From: a virus
Taxonomy: Duplodnaviria; Heunggongvirae; Uroviricota; Caudoviricetes
IMG/VR virus record: IMGVR_UViG_2671180699_000001
Location: 1 to 33,901 of that record
Length of the DNA: 33,901 nt
Reading direction: 5' to 3' (one strand)
Made by a program: the position numbers and the translations under genes
Part shown: positions 8,768-18,274 of the stretch, one piece after another
Position numbering within the stretch: the stretch's first letter is position 1
How the letters are laid out: each line of letters opens with the position of its first letter
The notes under the pieces: generated by a model
Told to the model about the DNA's origin: nothing
Seen by the model: only the letters and a program-made list of their open reading frames with translations
Databases searched by the model: none

Positions 8768-8803
8768 AAATGGTTGTTGACTAAAAACAACCATAGTTTT
8801 AAT
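8768..8803 (+). promoter_or_regulatory. oR operator with pR promoter; divergent cI/cro control region
   Basis: Inverted repeat ATGGTTGTT-N7-AACAACCAT overlapping -35 TTGACT, 17-bp spacer, -10 TAATCT; GGAGG Shine-Dalgarno before cro. Confidence 0.6.
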
Positions 8804-8832
8804 CTTTATTCGGATTAACCACGGAGGTTGTT

Positions 8833-9063
8833 ATGAACCCAGCAATCAAAACAGCGATCAATATCGTTGGTTCACAAAAGAAACTAGGCGATGCCTGCGA
8901 AGTTTCACAGCAGGCCGTCTATAAGTGGCTTCACAACAAAGCAAAGGTATCCCCTGAACATGTCGGCAGCATTGTTACGGCTACTGGTGGAGTTGTGAAG
9001 GCATACCAGATTCGCCCGGATCTTCCGAAGTTGTTTCCACACACCGAAAAGAACGCAGCTTAA
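8833..9063 (+). CDS. cro: Cro-like HTH regulator (76 aa)
   Basis: Small HTH protein (…CEVSQQAVYKWL…) divergent from the repressor. Confidence 0.8.
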   Translation: MNPAIKTAINIVGSQKKLGDACEVSQQAVYKWLHNKAKVSPEHVGSIVTATGGVVKAYQIRPDLPKLFPHTEKNAA

Positions 9064-9075
9064 ATTTCCATTTCA

Positions 9076-9088
9076 CGCTCTTTAACAA
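9076..9088 (+). promoter_or_regulatory. boxA-like antitermination element (CGCTCTTTAACAA) downstream of cro (nutR position)
   Basis: Near-identity to the boxA consensus (rrn boxA GCTCTTTAACAA; lambda CGCTCTTA); no obvious boxB hairpin follows. Confidence 0.45.
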
Positions 9089-9132
9089 TAAGCAATCAAC
9101 TTAACAGTCAATTCAAACTAAAGGAGTCAATT

Positions 9133-9672
9133 ATGCAACCACTTACATACCAACAGACTAGCGGATTTATTCCGACTGCGGTGATAAATCGTTCTCAAAC
9201 AAAACAAGCTCCAGGCCACGAAAAAATCCGTGATGCCGTCCGCGCCTGGTCGGCTGTAGATAATCAGGATGTCGTTGCCGCACTCATTGTGAATGAGTAT
9301 CGGGAGCAGGGCGACGGCACCATCGATTTCCCTGATGATGTCAGCCGTGCACGCCAGAAGCTGTTCCGCTTCCTCGATAACAAATTCGATTCTGAAAAAT
9401 ACCGAAATAACGTGCGTGAACTGACCCCGGCAATTCTGGCGGTACTACCGCTGGAATATCGCGGTTACCTGGTTGAGCAGGATAGCTTCATGACTCGGTT
9501 GGCTGAAATGGAAAAGGAACTCAGTGAGGCAAAACAGGCTGTCATTCTCAACGCACCACGCCACCAGAAACTGAAGGAAATGAGTGAAGGTATTGTGTCG
9601 ATGTTTCGTGTGGACCCGGATCTGGCTGGTCCATTAATGGCGATGGTGACCACCATGCTGGGGGCAATATGA
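9133..9672 (+). CDS. YdaT-family regulator (CII functional analogue position, 179 aa)
   Basis: Motif LTPAILAVLPLEYRGYL resembles the YdaT family as recalled; sits between cro and O. Confidence 0.65.
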   Translation: MQPLTYQQTSGFIPTAVINRSQTKQAPGHEKIRDAVRAWSAVDNQDVVAALIVNEYREQGDGTIDFPDDVSRARQKLFRFLDNKFDSEKYRNNVRELTPAILAVLPLEYRGYLVEQDSFMTRLAEMEKELSEAKQAVILNAPRHQKLKEMSEGIVSMFRVDPDLAGPLMAMVTTMLGAI

Positions 9673-9758
9673 CAGGTTCAGAAATGGCGAAAGTCGGTCT
9701 GCGGGAACAGAACCGACTTTCAGGTGCAAATCGTAACACACTCATTGCGGGAGGAATT

Positions 9759-10688
9759 ATGGCAAACACTGCTGAGATATTCAATTTTCCAGTGCCGGAT
9801 GCGGCACAAAAGGAGCCGCGCGTGGCAGATCTCGATGATGGTTATACGCGCATTGCAAATGAGTTGCTGGAAGCTGTGATGCTGGCCGGATTAACACAGC
9901 ACCAGCTTCTGGTCTTCCTGGCTGTCATGCGCAAAACATATGGCTTTAATAAAAAACTGGATTGGGTGAGCAACGAGCAACTTTCCGAGTTGACCGGGAT
10001 ATTGCCGCACAAGTGTTCTGCTGCAAAAAGTGTTCTGGTAAAGCGTGGGATTTTTATTCAGAGCGGGCGGAATATCGGCATTAATAATGTGGTCAGTGAA
10101 TGGTCAACATTACCCGAATCAGGTAAGAAAAATAAAGTTTACCTGAAAGAGGTAAATTTACCTGAATCAGGTAAGAAAAGTTTACCCAAATCAGGTAAAG
10201 GCACTTACCCGAATCAGGTAAACACAAAATACAAACTAACAAAAGACAATATAAAACCTTTTTCGTCCGAGAATTCTGGCGAATCCTCTGACCAACCAGA
10301 AAACGATCTTCCTGTGGAGAAACCAGATGCTGCAATTCAGAGCGGCAGCAGGTGGGGGACAGCAGAAGACCTGACCGCCGCAGAGTGGATGTTTGACATG
10401 GTGAAGACCATCGCGCCATCAGCCAGAAAACCGAATTTTGCAGGGTGGGCTAACGATATCCGCCTGATGCGTGAACGTGACGGCCGTAACCACCGCGACA
10501 TGTGCGTGCTGTTCCGCTGGGCATGCCAGGACAACTTCTGGTCCGGTAACGTGCTAAGTCCGGCCAAACTCCGCGACAAGTGGACCCAACTCGAAATCAA
10601 CCGTAACAAGCAACAGGCTGGCGTGATAGCCGGAAAATCAAAACTCGACCTGACAAACACTGACTGGATTTACGGGGTGGATTTATGA
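9759..10688 (+). CDS. O: Replication initiator O (lambda O type); ORF opens at 9669 but the GGGAGGA-preceded ATG at 9759 is the likely start
   Basis: …VADLDDGY…L…KTYG…NK…SEWS… resembles lambda O as recalled; iterons embedded in the gene. Confidence 0.92.
   Translation: MANTAEIFNFPVPDAAQKEPRVADLDDGYTRIANELLEAVMLAGLTQHQLLVFLAVMRKTYGFNKKLDWVSNEQLSELTGILPHKCSAAKSVLVKRGIFIQSGRNIGINNVVSEWSTLPESGKKNKVYLKEVNLPESGKKSLPKSGKGTYPNQVNTKYKLTKDNIKPFSSENSGESSDQPENDLPVEKPDAAIQSGSRWGTAEDLTAAEWMFDMVKTIAPSARKPNFAGWANDIRLMRERDGRNHRDMCVLFRWACQDNFWSGNVLSPAKLRDKWTQLEINRNKQQAGVIAGKSKLDLTNTDWIYGVDL
10110..10223 (+). repeat. Origin iterons: five about 18-bp direct repeats (TTACCYRAATCAGGTAA, one degenerate) followed by an AT-rich tract to about 10262
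   Basis: Repeats read directly inside O, as in ori-lambda (which has four). Confidence 0.85.
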
Positions 10689-11386
10689 AAAACATCGCCG
10701 CACAGATGGTTAACTTTGACCGTGAGCAGATGCGCCGGATCGCCAACAACATGCCGGAACAGTACGACGAAAAGCCGCAGGTACAACAGGTAGCGCAGAT
10801 CATCAATGGTGTGTTCAGCCAGTTACTGGCAACTTTCCCGGCGAGCCTGGCTAACCGGGACCAGAACGAACTGAACGAAATCCGCCGCCAGTGGGTTCTG
10901 GCTTTCCGGGAAAACGGGATCACCACGATGGAACAGGTTAACGCAGGAATGCGCGTAGCCCGTCGGCAGAATCGACCATTCCTGCCATCACCCGGGCAGT
11001 TTGTTGCCTGGTGCCGGGAAGAAGCATCCGTTACCGCCGGGCTGCCAAACGCCAGCGAGCTGGTTGATATGGTTTACGAGTATTGCCGGAAACGTGGCCT
11101 GTATCCAGATGCAGAGTCTTATCCGTGGAAATCAAACGCGCACTACTGGCTGGTTACCAACCTGTATCAGAACATGCGGGCCAATGCGCTGACTGATGCG
11201 GAATTACGGCGCAAGGCTGCCGATGAACTGGCCTGTATGACAGCGCGAATTAACCGTGGTGAGGCGATACCTGAACCAGTAAAACAACTTCCTGTCATGG
11301 GCGGGAGACCGCTTAATCGTGTTCAGGCTCTGGCGAAGATCGCAGAAATCAAAGCGAAGTTTGGGCTGAAAGGAGCAAGTGTATGA
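10685..11386 (+). CDS. P: Replication protein P (DnaB helicase loader, 233 aa)
   Basis: Same length and position as lambda P; sequence recognised as lambda P type. Confidence 0.93.
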   Translation: MKNIAAQMVNFDREQMRRIANNMPEQYDEKPQVQQVAQIINGVFSQLLATFPASLANRDQNELNEIRRQWVLAFRENGITTMEQVNAGMRVARRQNRPFLPSPGQFVAWCREEASVTAGLPNASELVDMVYEYCRKRGLYPDAESYPWKSNAHYWLVTNLYQNMRANALTDAELRRKAADELACMTARINRGEAIPEPVKQLPVMGGRPLNRVQALAKIAEIKAKFGLKGASV

Positions 11387-11670
11387 CGGGCAAAGAGGCA
11401 ATTATTCATTACCTGGGGACTCATAAGAACTTCTGTGCGCAGGACGTTGCCGCGGTAACAGGCGCAACCGTAACCAGCATAAATCAGGCTGCGGCTAAAA
11501 TGGCGCGGTCAGGAATCCTGGTCGTTGATGGTAAGGTCTGGCGAACGGTGTATTACCGGTTCGCTACCAGAGAAGAACGGGAAGGAAAGGTGAGCACGAA
11601 TCTGATTTTTAAGGAGTGTCGTCAAAGTGCCGCGATGAAGCGGGTGTTGGCTTTATATGGAAGAGAGTAG
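11383..11670 (+). CDS. ren: Ren (95 aa)
   Basis: Same size and position as lambda ren, directly after P. Confidence 0.85.
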   Translation: MTGKEAIIHYLGTHKNFCAQDVAAVTGATVTSINQAAAKMARSGILVVDGKVWRTVYYRFATREEREGKVSTNLIFKECRQSAAMKRVLALYGRE

Positions 11671-11734
11671 GTATGAGCAATTATTGTTACTAATTTTAGT
11701 TTTACGACATTCGTGATAACTAAATAATTGATGT

Positions 11735-11989
11735 GTGGAACTGAATTATAAAGGGGATGATGTTTTGGGAAATAAAGAAAATATCGATTGTAAGCACACA
11801 AGAAGCTCATGCTATAAAAACAAGCAGATGAAAGATGTTATTTATATTACATTGCCTAAACTCACTGAAGAAGAAGTAGAAATTTTTAAGGGACCAATGC
11901 ATAAAGCATTGCTTGCAGGGATAAATGTTACAAAAAAGGCAGTTTCTGATGCCCTGCTAAACAAAGGGATAAAAGTTGAATTTAAATAG
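11735..11989 (+). CDS. Small hypothetical ORF in the ren-nin insertion (start uncertain; GTG, TTG or ATG giving 53-84 aa)
   Basis: AT-rich, Lys-rich; convergent with the 472-aa gene; weak start signals. Confidence 0.3.
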   Translation: MELNYKGDDVLGNKENIDCKHTRSSCYKNKQMKDVIYITLPKLTEEEVEIFKGPMHKALLAGINVTKKAVSDALLNKGIKVEFK

Positions 11990-12004
11990 AGTAATTCAGT
12001 GGCA

Positions 12005-12032
12005 ACAATAGCACTCATTTGTGAGTGCTATT
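12005..12032. terminator. Bidirectional hairpin terminator between convergent genes (12-bp perfect stem CAATAGCACTCA / TGAGTGCTATTG)
   Basis: Read directly; sits in the 50-bp gap between the two convergent ORFs. Confidence 0.6.
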
Positions 12033-12040
12033 GAAATTTA

Positions 12041-13459
12041 TTAGAAAATAATGTTTGCTATATCCGAGATAGCATTTAAAGAACCTCTGTGGTCACTTCC
12101 TGTTTTAGGTAAAATATAGGAATATCGAGGGTCTTCATTATATGTTAACTTCCAGTGTTTTCCATCGCTTGACGCACTGAAACCTAAGTCCTTTAAATTT
12201 CTTTGTGTTGCGCTATCCATGCTTCTGTAACCTGTTAAAGTCCTTTTAAGTAATTGGCGGCGACTCTCGGTTTCTTTATTGTATTCATTATTGGCAATTA
12301 GGGATGATAAGATATGGTAGCTTCTACCAAATTCATTTTTATTTTTTATGGCAGTTTTTAGTGCGTCAATAATTATATTTTTGATTTCTCCATCAAAAAA
12401 ATCAGTCTCTTCACCAGCATTAAGCACAATGCTTCCTTGGGCTGAAGCTTGTGATTGAAGAGTGCGTACTCTGTGCTCTAAAGAGGAGATCTTATGCTTA
12501 AGATCTTCTATTTGGTCATCTTTCGCAACATTATCGGCTTCGTAAAGCGCCATCAGTTCGCGTGTGTATTCTCCTCTTTCTTTGAGTGAGTTAATAGAGT
12601 CTTTCGTTTTTCTGGTTTGTATCTCACTCCATCCACTATCTGAGACAGGAGCCATTGTAGTCGTAGCTCTTACAACATCATCAAATAACTCATCTTCAAA
12701 TTCTTTTGCGGTTTTCTCACCACGGCGATAAAAACTGATATTTTGACCCCGTGGCCAATAGATACCAACAGCACCAGCATAGGCATTTTTAGCATTTGTC
12801 TCATTTTTTAGCTTAATAGAAAATAGTCTATTGCTAGGCTCAATTAATACATGTGCTAATCCGCATACCTTTCTTGCAAGGCGTTCTGGGATGATATTGT
12901 GAGCATGTTCATTAAAAAAATACTTGGAGCTAACGTATATTATTGGTAGTCTGTTGTCAGTTTCACCATTTATAACTTTAGCTGCTATATTTAAATGTTC
13001 ATCAGTATCATCTAAGGAATGAGGTTCGACTGACACCTTGAAAATATCATCAAGACCACCAGAAAATTTATCAATCAATCTCATAACAACTAATGGTTTC
13101 TTAGGTTGCGGGGCTAGATAAGCTGCATCTTGGCTTACAACGCTAGATTCCACCTGAATCCACATGGTATCAGTTTTGAGATTTTTATTAATTGAAATAT
13201 CTGTTACCCATTTGTGTGGCTCAGATATTTTCGAATACCTAAAACAGCCTAAACTAGTATCTTTGTTTTTATAAGTTATTATATCAATTCTTTCATTTTT
13301 AGACTCTATGAAGTACTCCTCGCTTTTATAATCACATACTAATTGTGCTGGAATAAAAGTTGTATGTGGTGAGTCGTTTACCCAAGAAAAACATTCATTA
13401 AAGATCTCAGCTAGAGATGTGGAGTTTGAAACATAAAAACCAGTTGAGAAATATTTCAT
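12041..13459 (-). CDS. Orphan 472-aa protein in the ren-nin insertion; function unknown, candidate anti-phage/abortive-infection protein
   Basis: Long uninterrupted ORF on the strand opposite to the replication/nin operon; low GC; central coiled-coil (EDLKHKISSLEHRVRTLQSQ); no TM helices, no Walker A seen. Confidence 0.75.
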   Translation of the reverse strand: MKYFSTGFYVSNSTSLAEIFNECFSWVNDSPHTTFIPAQLVCDYKSEEYFIESKNERIDIITYKNKDTSLGCFRYSKISEPHKWVTDISINKNLKTDTMWIQVESSVVSQDAAYLAPQPKKPLVVMRLIDKFSGGLDDIFKVSVEPHSLDDTDEHLNIAAKVINGETDNRLPIIYVSSKYFFNEHAHNIIPERLARKVCGLAHVLIEPSNRLFSIKLKNETNAKNAYAGAVGIYWPRGQNISFYRRGEKTAKEFEDELFDDVVRATTTMAPVSDSGWSEIQTRKTKDSINSLKERGEYTRELMALYEADNVAKDDQIEDLKHKISSLEHRVRTLQSQASAQGSIVLNAGEETDFFDGEIKNIIIDALKTAIKNKNEFGRSYHILSSLIANNEYNKETESRRQLLKRTLTGYRSMDSATQRNLKDLGFSASSDGKHWKLTYNEDPRYSYILPKTGSDHRGSLNAISDIANIIF

Positions 13460-13734
13460 GAAATTTCCTTATTAAAAATGAGATTAATCTCATTGGCTAT
13501 GATAATTGTTACCCTCCTTTGGATCTAGTGTTCATTTGACATAAGAACCTATTGATTCATCATAATCAACTCGCCATAATCATGTCATCGGAGCCTGAAC
13601 AACTCCGGTGACTTCTGCGCTTTGAGGGGACTCAAAGTGCAAACGACAATCAGAACACCTTTCAACCAGTCACAGATGCAGAAATGCACCTGCGATATCT
13701 TGCATCCAACGTTTGACCTCTGCGGAGGTGAAGC

Positions 13735-14190
13735 GTGAACCTCCCACAAGATGGTATCAAATTGCATCGCGGTAACTTCACCGCTATCGGTCGGCAGATC
13801 CAGCCTTATCTGGAGGACGGCAAATGCTTTCGCATGGTGCTTAAACCGTGGCGCGAGAGACGCAGTCTTTCCCAGAATGCACTCAGCCACATGTGGTACA
13901 GCGAAATCAGTGAATACCTCATCAGCAAGGGTAAAACGTTCGCCACTCCAGCTTGGGTAAAAGATGCTCTCAAACACACATATCTCGGTTATGAAACCAA
14001 AGACCTGGTTGATGTCGTAACCGGTGATATCACCACTATCCAGTCGTTACGCCATACCTCCGATCTTGATACCGGAGAGATGTATGTCTTCCTGTGTAAG
14101 GTTGAAGCCTGGGCGGTGAATATTGGCTGCCACCTGACTATTCCGCAGAGCTGCGAGTTCCAGCTGCTCCGCGACAAGCAGGAGGCGTAA
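13735..14190 (+). CDS. ybcN: YbcN/NinB-family protein (151 aa, GTG start per ORF track)
   Basis: SLSQN…W motif typical of the NinB family; DLP12-type nin gene order. Confidence 0.8.
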   Translation: MNLPQDGIKLHRGNFTAIGRQIQPYLEDGKCFRMVLKPWRERRSLSQNALSHMWYSEISEYLISKGKTFATPAWVKDALKHTYLGYETKDLVDVVTGDITTIQSLRHTSDLDTGEMYVFLCKVEAWAVNIGCHLTIPQSCEFQLLRDKQEA

Positions 14191-14360
14191 TGGCTACACC
14201 GCTTATTCGTGTCATGAACGGACACATCTACAGAGTACCAGATCGTCGTAAGCGTAAACCGGAGCTGAAGCCTTCCGAAATACCAACACTGCTCGGATAT
14301 ACCGCCAGCCTGGTTGATAAAAAATGGTTGCGACTGGCAGCAAGGAGGAATCATGGCTGA
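14190..14360 (+). CDS. ninE: NinE (56 aa)
   Basis: [61 protein letters not shown] overlap with ybcN; below the track size cutoff. Confidence 0.8.
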   Translation: MATPLIRVMNGHIYRVPDRRKRKPELKPSEIPTLLGYTASLVDKKWLRLAARRNHG

Positions 14361-14643
14361 TTTGAGAAAAGCAGCGCGTAGTCGGGAATGCCAGGTAAGA
14401 ATCCCTGGCGTATGTAATGGCAACCCTGAAACGTCTGTACTGGCACATATCCGGCTGACTGGATTGTGCGGCACCGGTACCAAACCGCCAGACCTGATTG
14501 CCACCATTGCATGTTCTGCCTGCCACGACGAAATCGACCGCCGCACACATTTTGTCGATGCTGCATATGCAAAAGAATGCGCGCTGGAAGGTATGGCGAG
14601 AACACAGGTTATCTGGCTGAAAGAGGGGGTTATTAAGGCGTGA
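14353..14643 (+). CDS. ybcO: YbcO-like DUF1364 Cys-rich protein (start at AGGAGG-preceded ATG 14353)
   Basis: Cys motifs ([11 protein letters not shown] … CSACHDEID); DLP12 nin order. Confidence 0.8.
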   Translation: MADLRKAARSRECQVRIPGVCNGNPETSVLAHIRLTGLCGTGTKPPDLIATIACSACHDEIDRRTHFVDAAYAKECALEGMARTQVIWLKEGVIKA

Positions 14644-15002
14644 ATACCTACAGCATCACATTACCCTGGCCTCCGAGCAATAATCGCTATTACCGCCATA
14701 ATCGCGGGCGCACGCACGTCAGCGCAGAGGGGCAGGCATACCGCGATAACGTCGCCCGAATCATTAAAAACGCAATGCTGGATATCGGCCTGGCTATGCC
14801 TGTGAAAATCCGCATTGAGTGCCACATGCCGGATCGCCGTCGCCGTGACCTGGATAATCTGCAAAAAGCCGCTTTTGACGCACTCACTAAAGCAGGTTTC
14901 TGGCTGGATGATGCTCAGGTCGTTGATTACCGCGTTGTGAAGATGCCTGTTACCAAAGGTGGGAGGCTGGAACTGACCATCACCGAAATGGGGAATGAAT
15001 GA
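14640..15002 (+). CDS. rusA: RusA Holliday-junction resolvase (120 aa)
   Basis: [37 protein letters not shown]… recognised as E. coli RusA. Confidence 0.95.
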   Translation: MNTYSITLPWPPSNNRYYRHNRGRTHVSAEGQAYRDNVARIIKNAMLDIGLAMPVKIRIECHMPDRRRRDLDNLQKAAFDALTKAGFWLDDAQVVDYRVVKMPVTKGGRLELTITEMGNE

Positions 15003-15139
15003 TGTTTGAGTTTTATATGGCAGAACGTCTTCGCCACCGCTGGGGGCGTCTGCGCTTATATCGTTTCCCCGGTTCTGTTTTGACCGATTACCGAATACTG
15101 AAGAATTACGCCAAAACCCTGACAGGAGCAGGAGTATGA
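14999..15139 (+). CDS. ylcG: YlcG-like small protein (46 aa)
   Basis: [46 protein letters not shown]; overlaps rusA stop. Confidence 0.7.
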   Translation: MMFEFYMAERLRHRWGRLRLYRFPGSVLTDYRILKNYAKTLTGAGV

Positions 15140-15224
15140 AGTCAGAGATAACAATCAACTAATACTGTTTTGTTGATTTTTGCTTGTAATTGGCGTTCTG
15201 GTCTGATTTTTGTGGAGTAAGTTG

Positions 15225-15265
15225 ATGCGTGATATTCAGATGGTTCTTGAGCGTTGGGGAGCGTG
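15225..15265 (+). CDS. Q antiterminator (phage 82 / QuuD type), 5' fragment only, truncated by assembly gap
   Basis: MRDIQMVLERWGAW then N-run. Confidence 0.65.
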
Positions 15266-15275
15266 NNNNNNNNNN
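15266..15275. other. Assembly gap (10 N)
   Basis: N run in sequence. Confidence 0.99.
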
Positions 15276-15468
15276 GCCACCGACGGCATTGCGGTCAGAA
15301 AAAGATGATATTGAATCGCCCATTGAAAAACTGGAGGGCAGCGTCGCTGATCTGAATAAAAAATTGTCGGTGCTGATTCCTTCTGAAGATGAAAAAAAAC
15401 GCCGCGATGAGCAGTTTGCGGCGTTTTACGATTATTGCATTGAAGTTACTCTCGCAGGAATTTTGTGA
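15276..15468 (+). CDS. 3' fragment of an unidentified gene continuing from the gap (…SPIEKLEGSVADLNKKLSVLIPSEDEKKRRDEQFAAFYDYCIEVTLAGIL)
   Basis: Open frame runs from the gap edge; overlaps the minus-strand ORF below, so only one of the two is likely real. Confidence 0.25.
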
Positions 15469-15708
15469 AGATTTTTGAGGAGGGTAAATCTCTTCAGTAA
15501 GCTTAATGGCGGACGCTGCAATTAATTCAGGAAGGTCCGCAAGGTCATCTGTCAGTGGATATGATGAAAAATCGGCGGCAGTTCTGTTAAGAAGCGCTTT
15601 AACTAATTCCTTTTCCTTCTCCGGCAACAAGTTGATTAGAGCTACGACTGCTTGCCTGAGTGCGATTAAATCAGCAAAAGTTTGTTTAGGTAGATTTGTG
15701 TAATCCAT
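15295..15708 (-). CDS. Hypothetical protein upstream of and divergent from the lysozyme gene
   Basis: ATG with GAGG 6 nt upstream; N-terminal 100 aa look protein-like, C-terminal part overlaps the plus-strand fragment. Confidence 0.35.
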   Translation of the reverse strand: MDYTNLPKQTFADLIALRQAVVALINLLPEKEKELVKALLNRTAADFSSYPLTDDLADLPELIAASAIKLTEEIYPPQKSSQNSCESNFNAIIVKRRKLLIAAFFFIFRRNQHRQFFIQISDAALQFFNGRFNIIFF

Positions 15709-15821
15709 AGTCGCCTCTGTGTTTATCAGATTGACATCCTCCTCCCGCCAGTGCCCATCACTGGTGAGGTAAGATTTAACATATCCGGGGATTTGAAGCC
15801 GATAAATCCTGATAAATATCC

Positions 15822-16849
<1,028 letters not shown>

Positions 16850-17212
16850 ATTAATATTAAATCGGATTATTTTTAGCGCTGAATGTGAAATTTAAATAAA
16901 AAGGACTCTTCCATGAGTCAAAATCCTTGAAATCTTAAGGGTAAGATAAAAGGTCATTAGACAGAATGACACGTTTTATTAATAAATAAAGCTATTGTTT
17001 CATTCGTGTGTTTTTCTTTACAAAAGTAATCCTTGCTATGGTTGGTTAATCATGCGTTAATGGTGTTCTGGTTTGTTACAAAATTATCTGAAGCAGTCAT
17101 TGTTATAATTTTATTATTTGTACCTCTTGAGATTTCCTTGTTGGTTTTTCTCTCTGATATTTTTTTTCGGACCATTCTGCCCAAGGGCTAACTTCTTCAA
17201 AAGGTAATAATG

Positions 17213-17425
17213 ATGTCTAACAAAATGACTGGTTTAGTGAAATGGTTTAACCCTGAAAAAGGTTTTGGTTTCATCACGCCGAAAGATGGTAGCAAAGATG
17301 TGTTTGTCCATTTCTCAGCTATTCAGAGCAACGATTTCAAAACGTTAACTGAGAATCAGGAAGTCGAATTTGGTATTGAGAACGGACCTAAAGGCCCCGC
17401 GGCTGTTCATGTTGTGGCACTTTGA
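17213..17425 (+). CDS. cspI: Cold-shock protein (CspA family; CspI-like)
   Basis: [38 protein letters not shown]… with RNP1/RNP2 motifs. Confidence 0.93.
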   Translation: MSNKMTGLVKWFNPEKGFGFITPKDGSKDVFVHFSAIQSNDFKTLTENQEVEFGIENGPKGPAAVHVVAL

Positions 17426-17630
17426 GGTAGAAAATATTACAAACCATATTCACTTTAGATGCCCGTGTTGCCATGGTTCTCAGTATAGAACATCATCTTT
17501 TGATGTTTCTGACAGGAATCCTTTCGGGGCAAAATGTATCTTTTGTAAATCAATGATGATTACATTTGATAATATTTCACAATACTTAAATGTTAGCCGT
17601 CTATCGTTAGATTTAAGAAAGTGAAAATGA

Positions 17631-17653
17631 AGGCTCCTTCGGGAGCTTTTTTG
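17631..17653 (+). terminator. Rho-independent terminator
   Basis: AGGCTCC TTCG GGAGCT followed by TTTTTTG. Confidence 0.7.
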
Positions 17654-17736
17654 CTTAGTGTCTAGTCGATGGATACTCACATATTACGGTAACATTATGA
17701 AAAAAAATAATAGTTTTTTTTAACTCTGAACCAGCA

Positions 17737-17928
17737 ATGGTAGTGCCAGTGATGACCGGAGTTAACACCATCATGCGTGAATATCCAAATGGCGAAACAA
17801 CACACCTCACTGTAATGGCTGCAGGGTTTCCATCTCTGACCGGAGATCATAAAGTCATTTATGTAGCAGCGGATCGACATGTAACTTCAGAAGAAATTCT
17901 GGAAGCAGCAATGAGACTCTTGAATTGA
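17737..17928 (+). CDS. YnfN-like small protein (Qin-type cargo)
   Basis: Small ORF adjacent to gnsB as in Qin; start uncertain. Confidence 0.5.
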   Translation: MVVPVMTGVNTIMREYPNGETTHLTVMAAGFPSLTGDHKVIYVAADRHVTSEEILEAAMRLLN

Positions 17929-18100
17929 TTTGATTCTAATGCATTGATAATAAATGATAATCATCTTTATCTGTTTGTGTGAAATTTAGACCGTCGTATG
18001 TTGATTATTGCGATGTTTCATCTTATCTTTTATACGTTTGCTCCATATAATTGACACTACTGTGTACCAGGAAAGTCATAACAGACTAAAAGAGGAAATG

Positions 18101-18274
18101 ATGAACATTGAAGAGTTAAAAACAAAAACAGAAGCAGATATTTCTGAATATATAACAAAAAAAATCATTGAGCTTAAGAAAAAGACCGGGAAAGAAGTTA
18201 CCAGTATCCAGTTTACTGCACGGGAAAAAATGACTGGTCTTGAAAGCTATGATATCAAGATTGATTTAATCTAG
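18101..18274 (+). CDS. gnsB: GnsA/GnsB-family protein (57 aa)
   Basis: MNIEELKTKTEADISEYITKKIIELKKKTGKEVTSIQFTAREKMTGLESYDIKIDLI matches the Gns family. Confidence 0.85.
   Translation: MNIEELKTKTEADISEYITKKIIELKKKTGKEVTSIQFTAREKMTGLESYDIKIDLI

Noticed and set aside
10110-10223. Direct repeats considered as a possible CRISPR array
   Set aside because: Repeats are about 18 bp, contiguous or nearly so with no unique spacers, and lie inside the O gene; this is the classic ori-lambda iteron arrangement.
9465-10926. Minus-strand ORFs (63-109 aa) within the YdaT-like gene, O and P
   Set aside because: Antisense to coding genes; the region around 10100-10220 is the iteron array, which explains the repetitive translation.
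12041-13459. Assignment of the 472-aa protein to a named defence family (RexA, Old, Abi, Gabija and others)
   Set aside because: I could not find diagnostic motifs (Walker A/B, TOPRIM, PD-(D/E)xK, HEPN Rx4-6H) by eye; naming a family would be unsupported without a profile search.
14212-15158. Minus-strand ORFs (84-185 aa) across the nin region
   Set aside because: Antisense to the tightly packed ybcN-ninE-ybcO-rusA-ylcG genes, all of which have recognisable products.
15266-15275. N runs considered as possible biological features
   Set aside because: Exactly ten Ns at both sites, interrupting recognisable genes (Q and L); standard scaffold gap placeholders.
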